NCBI GenBank assembly: GCA_964399675.1 | Contig: CAYNRK010000006.1 | Location: forward strand, 1,886 to 65,885 | DNA length: 64,000 bases | Source: an uncultured Gammaproteobacteria bacterium | GTDB taxonomy: Bacteria; Patescibacteriota; Patescibacteriia; UBA9934; GWF2-40-263 | Direction of reading: 5' to 3' | Part shown: positions 9,891 to 18,840 of the stretch, one piece after another | How the letters are laid out: each line of letters opens with the position of its first letter | How positions within the stretch are numbered: the stretch's first letter is position 1 | Translations under genes and position numbers: made by a program | The notes under the pieces: model-generated | What the model saw: the letters and a program-made list of their open reading frames with translations, nothing else | What the model was told of the DNA's origin: nothing | Databases searched by the model: none

Positions 9891-10280
9891 ATGACAATAG
9901 CAATAGATGTTTCAATATTAGAATTATTTCTACCAAAAGGAACCATGGACTGGTTCGATATTGTAGAAAGTAAAAACACAGACAATGAAGTCTGTATTAT
10001 TTTAGAAGAAAAAAATATACCACCGCTTTTACCAGAACAGAAAGATAAAAAAATAACCTCAAAAGGTTTTTACAGCATCACCATTACAGACTTTCCAATA
10101 AGAGGAAAAAGGACGTCGCTCACATTTAGGCGTAGAAGATGGAGGGTTGAAGGCCAACAAGAACTTCTCAAACGAGACATTCAGCTCTGTGCTCCGGGAA
10201 CACAGCTTGAAAAAGAATTTGCTTCTTTTTTAAAAGAACAAAGCGGAGAAGTCCGCCATCTCTTTGACGAGTATTGCTGA
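9891..10280 (+). CDS. IS transposase, N-terminal part (orfA)
   Basis: It is a 129-aa ORF. The downstream ORF overlaps it by 17 nt in the +1 frame. Confidence 0.5.
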   Translation: MTIAIDVSILELFLPKGTMDWFDIVESKNTDNEVCIILEEKNIPPLLPEQKDKKITSKGFYSITITDFPIRGKRTSLTFRRRRWRVEGQQELLKRDIQLCAPGTQLEKEFASFLKEQSGEVRHLFDEYC

Positions 10281-11247
10281 GTGGTGCTGTTTGGAAGCTA
10301 AACTCTTCGAACGTCAGTACAAAGACCACCTGAGTAATTACAAAACATGGAACCAGAAGTCACATGCTGACAAATGGCTACTCTTTGAACAAAACATCAG
10401 CTCACATTTAAGTCTGGATGAGGTGTCCATCTCAAACGGGGAGCTGTATACAATACTCACCAACAAAGCAGCCAAAGGAGGTAAAGGGTCTTTGGTTGTT
10501 ATATGCAAAGGAACCAAAACAGAAGATATTGTTAAGGTTTTTAAACGTATTCCATCAATTGAAAGGCAAAGAGTTCTTGAAGTCACCTTAGACTTCTGTC
10601 CAAGTATGGAAAAGTCTGTAAGGCATGCTTTCCCTAATGCCCGAGTTACAAGCGACCGTTTTCATGTTCAAAAGATTGTTACAGAAGCATTGCAGGATAT
10701 GCGCATTGAACTTCGACATAAAGCACTGAAATCTGAAAACAGAGAAGTTGAAAAAGCACGAAAGAAGTGTAAGAAACAAGGTAAGCAATACAAACAACCT
10801 AAGCTAAAAACATACTCAAACGGAGATACAAAGAAACAACTTTTAGCCAGAAGCAGATATCTTCTTTTCAAACCAAAGAGTAAATGGACAGACAACCAAA
10901 AAGAAAGGGCTGTTATTTTGTTTGAAACATTTCCTGAATTAGAAAGTGCTTACAATCTTTCAATGATGTTTAGGAACGTATATGAACAAGCTAAAACAAA
11001 AAAAGAAGCCAAACGGCTACTTTCAAACTGGTACAGCAAGGTTGAAAAAAAAGACTTCCCACATTTCATCACTACTGCCGAATACATTCAAAACCATGAA
11101 GAGACAATCCTTAACTATTTTCCAAACAGATCTACCAATGCTTCTGCTGAATCTTTCAATGCAAAGCTTAAAGGTTTCAGAGCACTGGTCAGAGGGGTAA
11201 GAGACAAGAAGTTTTTTCTTTATAGGGTTTCTAAGATTTGGGGGTAG
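10264..11247 (+). CDS. IS transposase, DDE catalytic part (ISL3-like, orfB); the transposase is frameshifted and possibly inactive
   Basis: It reads DEVSISNGELYTIL...VTSDRFHVQKIV...NASAESFNAKLK, which resembles the DDE_Tnp_ISL3 pattern. ISL3 transposases are normally one ORF. Confidence 0.55.
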   Translation: MTSIAEWCCLEAKLFERQYKDHLSNYKTWNQKSHADKWLLFEQNISSHLSLDEVSISNGELYTILTNKAAKGGKGSLVVICKGTKTEDIVKVFKRIPSIERQRVLEVTLDFCPSMEKSVRHAFPNARVTSDRFHVQKIVTEALQDMRIELRHKALKSENREVEKARKKCKKQGKQYKQPKLKTYSNGDTKKQLLARSRYLLFKPKSKWTDNQKERAVILFETFPELESAYNLSMMFRNVYEQAKTKKEAKRLLSNWYSKVEKKDFPHFITTAEYIQNHEETILNYFPNRSTNASAESFNAKLKGFRALVRGVRDKKFFLYRVSKIWG

Positions 11248-11396
11248 TCCACAGGAATTGCGTATGATCCGTTGTACGGTTTATCACCCAGTACAATAGG
11301 GGTGCAAATCCCCTCAGGTCCACGGATTTCAGAATTTGACTTAAGCTAAAATTTATGTCACTCTTTTTTTGGTTGATAAGCCGTACAAACACTATT

Positions 11397-11432
11397 GTCA
11401 GAAAACAAAAACCTCCGTTATCGGAGGTTTTT
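11397..11432. terminator. Bidirectional intrinsic terminator (AAAAACCTCCGTTATCGGAGGTTTTTGTT) after nrdJ
   Basis: An 8-bp stem is flanked by an A-run and a T-run, 30 nt past the nrdJ stop. Confidence 0.6.
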
Positions 11433-11459
11433 GTTATTTGATATCGACTTAATTTTTCT

Positions 11460-14400
11460 TTAACTACACCCACTTGTTGCTCCACAGTTCAAACATTTAT
11501 AACACGCTGCATTGCGAACCATTATGGAACCGCATGTATCGCATGCAGGTGCATCGGACTGATTATCAAATGTTTGAGTGTGAGCGCCTTGTTTTTCAAA
11601 TAATTTTGTTTGTTCAACAGCATCGTCTGATTCTTCTATCTTAATCAATGGTGTAATATCTTCAGCTTTTACATCACCAGCCACTTCATCCTCCTCAGCA
11701 ACATTTATACCTAAAGAAAGTTGTGCTTCTCGTGACAAAAACTTAATTGCAATCCAACGGAAAATGTAATCTGTAATAGACTTTGCAATACGAATTTGCG
11801 GATTGTTTGTGTAACCGGATGGCTCAAAGCGCATGTGCACGAACTTGTTAACCAAAACTTCGAGTGGCACACCATATTGCAAACCAATAGAAACAGAAGT
11901 TGCAAAACTATCCATTAACCCTGAAATTACAGATCCTTCTTTTGACATTGTTACAAATATCTCACCAGGCATTCCATCATCATACAAACCAACAGTAATA
12001 TATCCTTCGTAATTTCCAACAGAAAACTTGTGCGTTATAGATTTACGCTCGTCTGAAAGCCGTCTGCGTCGGAGTTTTCGCTCTTGCATAGTCAATTCTC
12101 TAGGCTCCTCCTTTTCGCCCAGGCTAAAGCCTGGGGCTACCTCCTCTTTAACCTCTCGGACATCTCGAACCTCTTTTTTATTAGCAGCCTTTGCATCACT
12201 TTCCTTTGAAGTTGTTAAAGCCTGTTGTCGTTTGGAACCGTCTCTATAAATCGCAATTGCTTTGAGCCCAAGCTTCCATCCTTGCATATACACATCAGCT
12301 ATATCCTGTGGAGTTGCCTCATGTGGCATGTTCACGGTTTTGGAAATTGCGCCGGAAATAAACGGTTGAACAGCAGCCATCATTTTTAAATGCCCATTGT
12401 AATGAATCGTTCGCTCGCCATTAGCTGGCTTAAACGCACAATCAAATACTGGCAAATGCTCCTCTTTTATATGCGGTGCGTGTTCAATTGTGTCTGTTTC
12501 CTCGATATAAGCCAAAATTTCCTTTTGTTCTGTTTCTGTATATCCTAACTTTTGAAGCGCCTCTGGCACAGTACCATTAACCATCTTTAACATTCCACCA
12601 CCAACTAACCATTTATACTTCACAAGCGCAATGTCTGGCTCAATACCTGTTGTATCACAATCCATTAAAAATGAAATAGTGCCTGTTGGAGCCAAAACGG
12701 AAATTTGAGCATTTCTAAGTCCATACTTGCTTCCATGTTCAACAACATTATCCCAAGCCTTTTTCGATTCTGTTAACAAATCCGCTGAAACTCCTTCTGA
12801 AGTCATTTCATAAGCTGCGTCACGATGCATGCGCATAACATCAATGCACGGCTTTTCGTTCTGTTTAAATCCAGTAAAAGCACCAAGCTTTTCTGCAATT
12901 TTAGTAGATTGATAATAACAATGTCCGCTTTGAAGCGAAGTAATTGCCGCTGCCAGATTTCGCCCTTCATCAGAATCATAAGCCAGCCCATCACCCATCA
13001 AAAGCGCCCCTAGGTTTGCATAACCAATTCCAACCGGTCTGTAATCTAAACTGTTTTGTTCAATAGCAGGAGTTGGATAAACAGCATTCCCAATAATTAT
13101 CTCCATAGCTGTGATGATAATTTCATTGGCTTTTTTAAATGCCTCAACATCAAAAACCATTTCACCATTTACTGACTTTCGAAACTTAAGAAGATTAAGC
13201 GAAGCAAGATTACAAGCACTGTCATCAAGGAACATGTATTCAGAACAAGGATTGGATGCATTGATTCGGTCGGTATTTTTACATGTGTGCCAGTCATTAA
13301 TGGTTGTGTCGTATTGCATTCCAGGATCTCCACACAACCAAGCTGCTTCGGCAATCTTGCCCATTAGTTCTTTTGCATTGTATTTTAGACTTGGCTTGCC
13401 GGTTAACACTTCTTTTGTTTCCCATTCATCGCCATTTTCAACAGCTTGCATAAACTCATCATTCACACGAACAGAGTTGTTTGCGTTTTGAAAATAAATG
13501 GAAGAATAAGCTGGACCATCAATCGAACCATCATAACCGGCGTCCATAAGTGTCCAAGCCTTTTTTTCTTCCTCAACCTTGCATGTAATAAATTCTTCAA
13601 TGTCTGGATGATCAATATTAAGAATAACCATTTTGGCAGCTCTTCGTGTTTTTCCACCACTCTTGATCACACCAGCAAATGAATCCAATCCTTTCATAAA
13701 AGACACTGGACCCGAAGCGCGCCCATTGCTTCCACCAAGATATTCTTGTTTTGATCGTAATTTTGAAAGGTTTGATCCAGCACCTGAGCCACCTTTGAAC
13801 AACATGCCTTCTGTAACACACAAATTGAGAATGGATCGCATGTCATCATGAACCGAATTTATAAAACACGCAGAGCATTGTTGAGGTCTTGTTGTCCCAA
13901 CATTAAACCAAACAGGCGAATTAAATGCAGCTTTCTGATTAACTAAAATGTGATGAAGCTCAGCCTCAAACGCGTCTGAGTCTTCCTTTGTTTCAAAATA
14001 TCCATCCTTGCGTCCCCAATTTGAAATCGTTGTTGCAACACGTGAAACTATCTGTTTGACTGAATGTTCACGATCATCTTTTCCAACTGTTCCAAAAAAG
14101 TATTTCGCAACCACAATATTTGTTGCTGTTTGAGACCAGGTTTTTGGTACCTCAACATCTTTTTGTTCAAAAACCAACTCGCCTTTAAAATCAGTGATTG
14201 TTGCATCCCGTGTTTCCCATTCAATCTCATCATATGGATGCACGCCTTCTTTTGTAAAATATCGATCTACTTTAATGCCTTTACCATATTGATCTTCCTT
14301 TGCATTATCGCGAGAACTTGAGCGATAACCTAAATATTTTTTTGAAACATGAATCAAATTGTTATCAACAAATGTTAAATTCACAATCTCTCGCACATCA

Positions 14401-14669
14401 GCAAACGACGGCGTGCTGTGTCCATCAAACTGACGAGTTAGTCTTGTTATAACTTGTGAAACCATTCGATCAGTAAGCAATGAATCTTTTACACCTGCCA
14501 CCAAACAGGCCTCACGAATCGAAACGAATAATTTTTGTTTATCAAAATCTTGCTCAGAACCATCTCGTTTTTTAACACTCTTCACAGATGTCATAAATTC
14601 CCATACAGAATCTGAAATCTTAGCTGTGTCCGTTTGAGTGGTTCGGACTTTGTTGGTGGCTTGATCCAT
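11460..14669 (-). CDS. nrdJ: Class II (adenosylcobalamin-dependent) ribonucleotide reductase with an N-terminal ATP-cone and a C-terminal Cys4 zinc ribbon
   Basis: It is 1069 aa. ATP-cone-like N-terminus (KRDGSEQDFDKQKLF). Class II core blocks (...CNLASLNL...; ...VLAPTGTIS...). It ends CDTCGSIMVRNAACYKCLNCGATSGCS. Confidence 0.8.
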   Translation of the reverse strand: MDQATNKVRTTQTDTAKISDSVWEFMTSVKSVKKRDGSEQDFDKQKLFVSIREACLVAGVKDSLLTDRMVSQVITRLTRQFDGHSTPSFADVREIVNLTFVDNNLIHVSKKYLGYRSSSRDNAKEDQYGKGIKVDRYFTKEGVHPYDEIEWETRDATITDFKGELVFEQKDVEVPKTWSQTATNIVVAKYFFGTVGKDDREHSVKQIVSRVATTISNWGRKDGYFETKEDSDAFEAELHHILVNQKAAFNSPVWFNVGTTRPQQCSACFINSVHDDMRSILNLCVTEGMLFKGGSGAGSNLSKLRSKQEYLGGSNGRASGPVSFMKGLDSFAGVIKSGGKTRRAAKMVILNIDHPDIEEFITCKVEEEKKAWTLMDAGYDGSIDGPAYSSIYFQNANNSVRVNDEFMQAVENGDEWETKEVLTGKPSLKYNAKELMGKIAEAAWLCGDPGMQYDTTINDWHTCKNTDRINASNPCSEYMFLDDSACNLASLNLLKFRKSVNGEMVFDVEAFKKANEIIITAMEIIIGNAVYPTPAIEQNSLDYRPVGIGYANLGALLMGDGLAYDSDEGRNLAAAITSLQSGHCYYQSTKIAEKLGAFTGFKQNEKPCIDVMRMHRDAAYEMTSEGVSADLLTESKKAWDNVVEHGSKYGLRNAQISVLAPTGTISFLMDCDTTGIEPDIALVKYKWLVGGGMLKMVNGTVPEALQKLGYTETEQKEILAYIEETDTIEHAPHIKEEHLPVFDCAFKPANGERTIHYNGHLKMMAAVQPFISGAISKTVNMPHEATPQDIADVYMQGWKLGLKAIAIYRDGSKRQQALTTSKESDAKAANKKEVRDVREVKEEVAPGFSLGEKEEPRELTMQERKLRRRRLSDERKSITHKFSVGNYEGYITVGLYDDGMPGEIFVTMSKEGSVISGLMDSFATSVSIGLQYGVPLEVLVNKFVHMRFEPSGYTNNPQIRIAKSITDYIFRWIAIKFLSREAQLSLGINVAEEDEVAGDVKAEDITPLIKIEESDDAVEQTKLFEKQGAHTQTFDNQSDAPACDTCGSIMVRNAACYKCLNCGATSGCS

Positions 14670-14822
14670 AATGATAATGAAAAGGGTTTCAAAATTTTAT
14701 TTTAAATAATGCATAAGCCGCAAGATCGTAAATTTTGAGTCAACCTAATTTGGGCAGACTAAAAACAATCCCTATGGGATCATTTCTATTACTCCTGGAA
14801 GCCTATATTCCCCTCCCCGCGG

Positions 14823-14872
14823 CGCACCACTACATGTTGTGGTCTAAGTTAATTGTATACCACTATATATTG
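14823..14872. promoter_or_regulatory. Two NrdR-box-like palindromes (CACCACTACATGTTGTGG and ACCACTATATATTGTGTG), centres about 32 bp apart, upstream of nrdJ
   Basis: They match the NrdR box consensus acaCwAtATaTwGtgt and the characteristic tandem spacing of about three helical turns. They lie 155-200 bp upstream of the nrdJ start. Confidence 0.5.
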
Positions 14873-14924
14873 TGTGTCAAAGAAATGGCTTATCCACAGT
14901 TTTTTGCGACACTTGGCACTCGAA

Positions 14925-15503
14925 CTAGAAACCCATGGTCAAATTGATGTTTGGTTTCTCTTGTTGTTTTAGCTCAAAATCCACTGGAATAGCTCGACGC
15001 CCACCCAATCTATCATTGTAAGCCAGCGCCTTATACTTAAGTCCGTATTCATAGACATCACGAGTTGCACGCACGTCTTCTATACAATAATCCTTGATCT
15101 TTTGAATCTCACCTTGCTTCCACCACTCAACAGCCATTAGCCCATGAGCGGTCTTCCCTTTCCCAACCGTTGCCTTGGCAACATCATCAAGCTTTAATCG
15201 AAATCCAAGAGCCTTATGAATTTCCGCCAAAATATCCAGGTTTGGAAAGGTTAGAAAATCACCACTGTAATAATTATTCATGATTGGAAGATCAAAATGG
15301 ATTTGGTTGTATCCGATAATCCGATCAGCGTGTTCTAGCCGTGGCCATAAATCTGGCAGCTCGTGAACTTCAAAAGCTTCAAAAGTATCAGTCTCATAAA
15401 AATAACAGCCGATCACTGATATCTTCAAAGCTTTTAAGTTAAAACCTCCAACATCGTTGAAGGTATTTTGTGTTTCAATATCTAGAACAACCTCTTTTTT
15501 CAT
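14925..15503 (-). CDS. DEDDy-type 3'-5' exonuclease (DnaQ/RNase D-like fold)
   Basis: I chose the start at ATG 15503 (MKKEVVLDIETQ). The Exo I motif is LDIET, Exo II is GYNQIHFDLPI and Exo III is YCIEDVRATRDVY. The ORF-track extension comes from MITE copy 2. Confidence 0.6.
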   Translation of the reverse strand: MKKEVVLDIETQNTFNDVGGFNLKALKISVIGCYFYETDTFEAFEVHELPDLWPRLEHADRIIGYNQIHFDLPIMNNYYSGDFLTFPNLDILAEIHKALGFRLKLDDVAKATVGKGKTAHGLMAVEWWKQGEIQKIKDYCIEDVRATRDVYEYGLKYKALAYNDRLGGRRAIPVDFELKQQEKPNINLTMGF

Positions 15504-15516
15504 AACCACAATATTA

Positions 15517-15677
15517 GAGACTGTTGGAATACTCCAGTGCGAGATCAAAGTGAGAAATTTTTTTCAGAAATAGTTTCAGGACGACGAGACGATATGGACA
15601 TATCGTTGAGGAATCATGAAACTATTTCTGGGAAAAATAGCCGCTTTGGAGCCGTGCTGGAGTATTTCAACGGTCTC
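15517..15677. mobile_element. Family-C MITE-like element, copy 2
   Basis: It is near-identical to 4393-4544, including the TIRs GAGACTGTTGGAATACTCCAG / CTGGAGTATTTCAACGGTCTC. Confidence 0.65.
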
Positions 15678-15695
15678 TAGTATAACATAGGATTT

Positions 15696-16238
15696 TTAAA
15701 TTTTGTAAAGATACAATTTTTCTGATCCAAATTGGACTTTATCAATAAGTTTCAAGGTTGGAAACGTGAATTGACGTGAGACAATTCGTGTTCCTGGGGG
15801 AAAGGTTTTTTTAAAAGTTGGTTCCAGTTTCTTGTTTACTTCATTAAAAAGATAAACAAAAATTACATCAGCTTTTGGAAATTTCTGAGAAAAAATATTC
15901 CCTTGATGAATTTTGACTTGATCTGACACTTTTTGAATTCGGCACTTTATAGAGCCAAGCATGCACAAAAGTTTTAATCGCTCAATCCCCACTCCTTTGG
16001 TTCCATGATATTTTGCTGCATGAATTAAAAACGACCCATCACCACACCCAAGATCTAATATTGTGTCATCTGGATGAATATCTCCAAGCTTGCAAATGGC
16101 ATCTGCCATCTTCCCTTTTGTCTTTACAAACGGAACGGTTTTGTGGCCTTGATAAATCATGTAAACAGCAAGGATCCCAATTGCAAGAGCAAGTAACTCT
16201 ATAAATAAAGCAAGAAGCAAACCAAGTTCAGAATTCAT
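15696..16238 (-). CDS. Membrane-anchored class I SAM-dependent methyltransferase (paralog of 6448-6975)
   Basis: The start is ATG at 16238 (MNSELGLLLALFIELL, TM). It has the motif I LDLGCGDG and the same C-terminal LYLYKI as its paralog. Confidence 0.6.
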   Translation of the reverse strand: MNSELGLLLALFIELLALAIGILAVYMIYQGHKTVPFVKTKGKMADAICKLGDIHPDDTILDLGCGDGSFLIHAAKYHGTKGVGIERLKLLCMLGSIKCRIQKVSDQVKIHQGNIFSQKFPKADVIFVYLFNEVNKKLEPTFKKTFPPGTRIVSRQFTFPTLKLIDKVQFGSEKLYLYKI

Positions 16239-16245
16239 AATTGTT

Positions 16246-17244
16246 CTAAAAAATTTCTTTAGCCGCTTGCCAAAGTCTTGGCTCGCCTGATTTATAAAGT
16301 TTGTACCACCATTCAGCTCCCCAAAGATATGCTTCGCTAAGTCCTGCGTCTTTTGCAAACTGCACATTCGTTTCAAACATTTCTTTATTAAAAGCTTTGT
16401 ACCATTCCTTTATTTCACGATTTTCAATTGACTCAGGGAACCAAGGTTCAGCCTGAAGCTCTGAAACAATAACTTTGTCTACAACATCATTGACAAGACC
16501 GGCGCGGAACAAATAAAACTTTGGGCTGATTGGATAAACAAAATATCCAAAAAAGTCATTCCATGTTTGACGATACATTGAAAGACCTAACACGTCTGCC
16601 AACTTTGCAGAATCGCGCCAAGGACCAATCTCACCACTAACAGTGATTTGAATTGGTCTGTTATCAAGTCTGCGCACCAGATCCACGCGCTCCTGGAGTT
16701 GTTCAGGAGTAATCGTAGGACATTCTCCAAATGGGAAAAAAGGTTCATTTTCCACTTGCCACCTAACAATTGCGGAAGAATCTTTATATCGATTCACTGC
16801 GCGTTCCAAAAACTGCAATACTGCTGCATGTTGTTGTTGTGCACTTAACATTTCCGCCCAGTCCGGAATATAACATTCAGGCCAGCGCGGAACTTTCATT
16901 CCAACCACAATCGTTAAATCAACATCATTCTTTTCAGAATACTTAACTAACCAATCAACTTTTTCCCATGAATACTTCCCCTGCTCACGTTCAACATCTG
17001 ACCAATACAAAGGCAAGCGCACATATGTTACTTCTAACTCATTGATAATTGCTTTGTATGTTTCCTGAACATCTAGTTTGAGCTGTTCTGTATACTTTGT
17101 TGAAAAAGTAACACCAAAAATCGGATCACTGTCAGGAATTTGATTTATCCATTTTGCCCCAAATGTAAAAACAAGAAGCGTCACAGCCCCCATTAAAATA
17201 AGAAACAAGACAAGATGTTTGGAATGTTTTTTGTGGATGTTCAT
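16246..17244 (-). CDS. Membrane-anchored glycoside hydrolase of clan GH-A (GH5-like)
   Basis: It has an N-terminal TM and the RWQVENEP catalytic acid/base motif characteristic of GH5/clan A. Confidence 0.55.
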   Translation of the reverse strand: MNIHKKHSKHLVLFLILMGAVTLLVFTFGAKWINQIPDSDPIFGVTFSTKYTEQLKLDVQETYKAIINELEVTYVRLPLYWSDVEREQGKYSWEKVDWLVKYSEKNDVDLTIVVGMKVPRWPECYIPDWAEMLSAQQQHAAVLQFLERAVNRYKDSSAIVRWQVENEPFFPFGECPTITPEQLQERVDLVRRLDNRPIQITVSGEIGPWRDSAKLADVLGLSMYRQTWNDFFGYFVYPISPKFYLFRAGLVNDVVDKVIVSELQAEPWFPESIENREIKEWYKAFNKEMFETNVQFAKDAGLSEAYLWGAEWWYKLYKSGEPRLWQAAKEIF

Positions 17245-17250
17245 GCTTAA

Positions 17251-18825
17251 TTAAATTTCCTCTCGTTTTTCGCGCAAAAACGCAAGCCAGCTTTCTGTGA
17301 TCTCAATACTGGCCTTAAACGGAGCTTCAATAATGAAGTCAAAAAAGAACAAAAAGATGTTAATTTTTGGAGCACGAATCGAAATCCAACGCCCAACCCG
17401 AACAAGTGGAACAAAGAGAATGTCGGAAATCGTTCCAAAAAATCCTCGTGAAGAATCAAGGACCACGAGTTCTCGTCTTGTATTTCTAATACGTAATCCA
17501 AAGTAAGCCACAAGAGAGAGGAAGAAAATAAAGAAAAAGATGGAAAGTGCGTTGAAATTGATATACAGCAATGCTTGGATCACAAGCCCAATGGTTACAA
17601 GAAACACAACTAAATACAAAAGGTTGAAGATGAAAAACATTGGACCTCGAAAGGCGCGTTTGCGTTTAAACACTAAAGCGAAATCATCAGAAATTCCAAG
17701 AAGTCCGTGGACTTCATCAAGAATATGTTTATTATTTTTCTTTTTTGCGATTCGAACAGTCAGCCCTATTACTGCAAGCAACAGCGGCGGGAATAAAATA
17801 TTTACAAGTAATGGAAAGTAATCAGTGGTGTGCAAAACAAAAAGTTCGTATGGATATTCAACAAGCACAGCCAGGATTGATTTTGTCAACAAAAGGAAAA
17901 AAGCTGCGCGAACCACTGTGCGTCTTAATCGAACACGGTGCGCCTTATACCTTACTCTTGCCGCTTCAGTAATTGCACTATCAAGCGTTGGTTTATCTCC
18001 AACTGCAACTGCTTGTTGAAATGCCTGAGGATTATCTTCAGCAATATCTGCAAGAAGTCGGAAAACAATGGCATGACGACGAACAAATCTATGAATGGCG
18101 TCTGATCCTGAATGGAAAATCTGATCCTCAACAGACTTGATAACTTTTGGAAGATTCATGTGAATCTCTTTAACAACTGAATCGCCTGCTTTTGCTTTTC
18201 GCCAATCCGGATAATAAAGCGTTAAAAGTCTGTAACGAAGAGTGGCTGTGTTTGATTTAAGAACAGTTCTGTGAACAGCAATGTAAAGTTGCAACTCCTG
18301 GTCTTTTTCAGCAATTACATTTGTCTGCCAGGTAATACGCTTTTTAAGTTCTTGATAAGCATAACTTGCAAGTGCTTCATCAGAACATGGTGGCCCAAGT
18401 CGATACTCAAGTTCAGTGGAAATCACATCAAGCAACCAAACATAAGTCTCTTGATCTTCTTTTGACTCTTCTTCAAGTCCTTCAAAAATCGGTTTGTATT
18501 TTTCTAAAATATCAGCAACAACTTCAATTTTACTTGTTGGGATTTTTTTGTTTGGCAAGTACTTTGCCCAAATAAGTTCTTTAAGCAGCTTCTCAGCCAA
18601 GAGCTTTTTATCTTCATCAGCAAGTCGACGCTTTAAAATTCGTTTAATTGCATTGCGGCGCAACAAATGTTCTTCATCATACTCAAGTGTGTTACGAATC
18701 GTTTCATAAACCGAAGCAGCCACTGAAACAGTTTCAGAAACTTTAATAACATCTTCTTCTGTTTTCTGTTCCTCGTGTTGCATCTGGGTAATAGTTGAGA
18801 TCAGATGCTCAAGTACTTTGTTCAT
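17251..18825 (-). CDS. Hypothetical protein with a large cytoplasmic N-terminal domain and a C-terminal multi-TM region (524 aa)
   Basis: It is a long clean ORF. Hydrophobic helices cluster in the last about 200 aa. Confidence 0.45.
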   Translation of the reverse strand: MNKVLEHLISTITQMQHEEQKTEEDVIKVSETVSVAASVYETIRNTLEYDEEHLLRRNAIKRILKRRLADEDKKLLAEKLLKELIWAKYLPNKKIPTSKIEVVADILEKYKPIFEGLEEESKEDQETYVWLLDVISTELEYRLGPPCSDEALASYAYQELKKRITWQTNVIAEKDQELQLYIAVHRTVLKSNTATLRYRLLTLYYPDWRKAKAGDSVVKEIHMNLPKVIKSVEDQIFHSGSDAIHRFVRRHAIVFRLLADIAEDNPQAFQQAVAVGDKPTLDSAITEAARVRYKAHRVRLRRTVVRAAFFLLLTKSILAVLVEYPYELFVLHTTDYFPLLVNILFPPLLLAVIGLTVRIAKKKNNKHILDEVHGLLGISDDFALVFKRKRAFRGPMFFIFNLLYLVVFLVTIGLVIQALLYINFNALSIFFFIFFLSLVAYFGLRIRNTRRELVVLDSSRGFFGTISDILFVPLVRVGRWISIRAPKINIFLFFFDFIIEAPFKASIEITESWLAFLREKREEI

Positions 18826-18840
18826 ATTTTTTCTTAATTG

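Larger units (their letters stand above)
9780..11330 (+). mobile_element. ISL3-family-like insertion sequence (about 1.55 kb) with imperfect terminal inverted repeats
   Basis: The left end GAAATCCGTGGGCCTG...GTTGTACGG...CCTGTGGAG matches the reverse complement of the right end at 11245-11330. It carries a two-ORF transposase. Confidence 0.65.

Noticed and set aside
12028-12249. 73-aa plus-strand ORF inside nrdJ, and other short ORFs internal to long genes (e.g. 17247-17513, 56598-56837, 59081-59590)
   Set aside because: They are embedded antisense or out-of-frame within well-supported long CDSs and have no independent signals.
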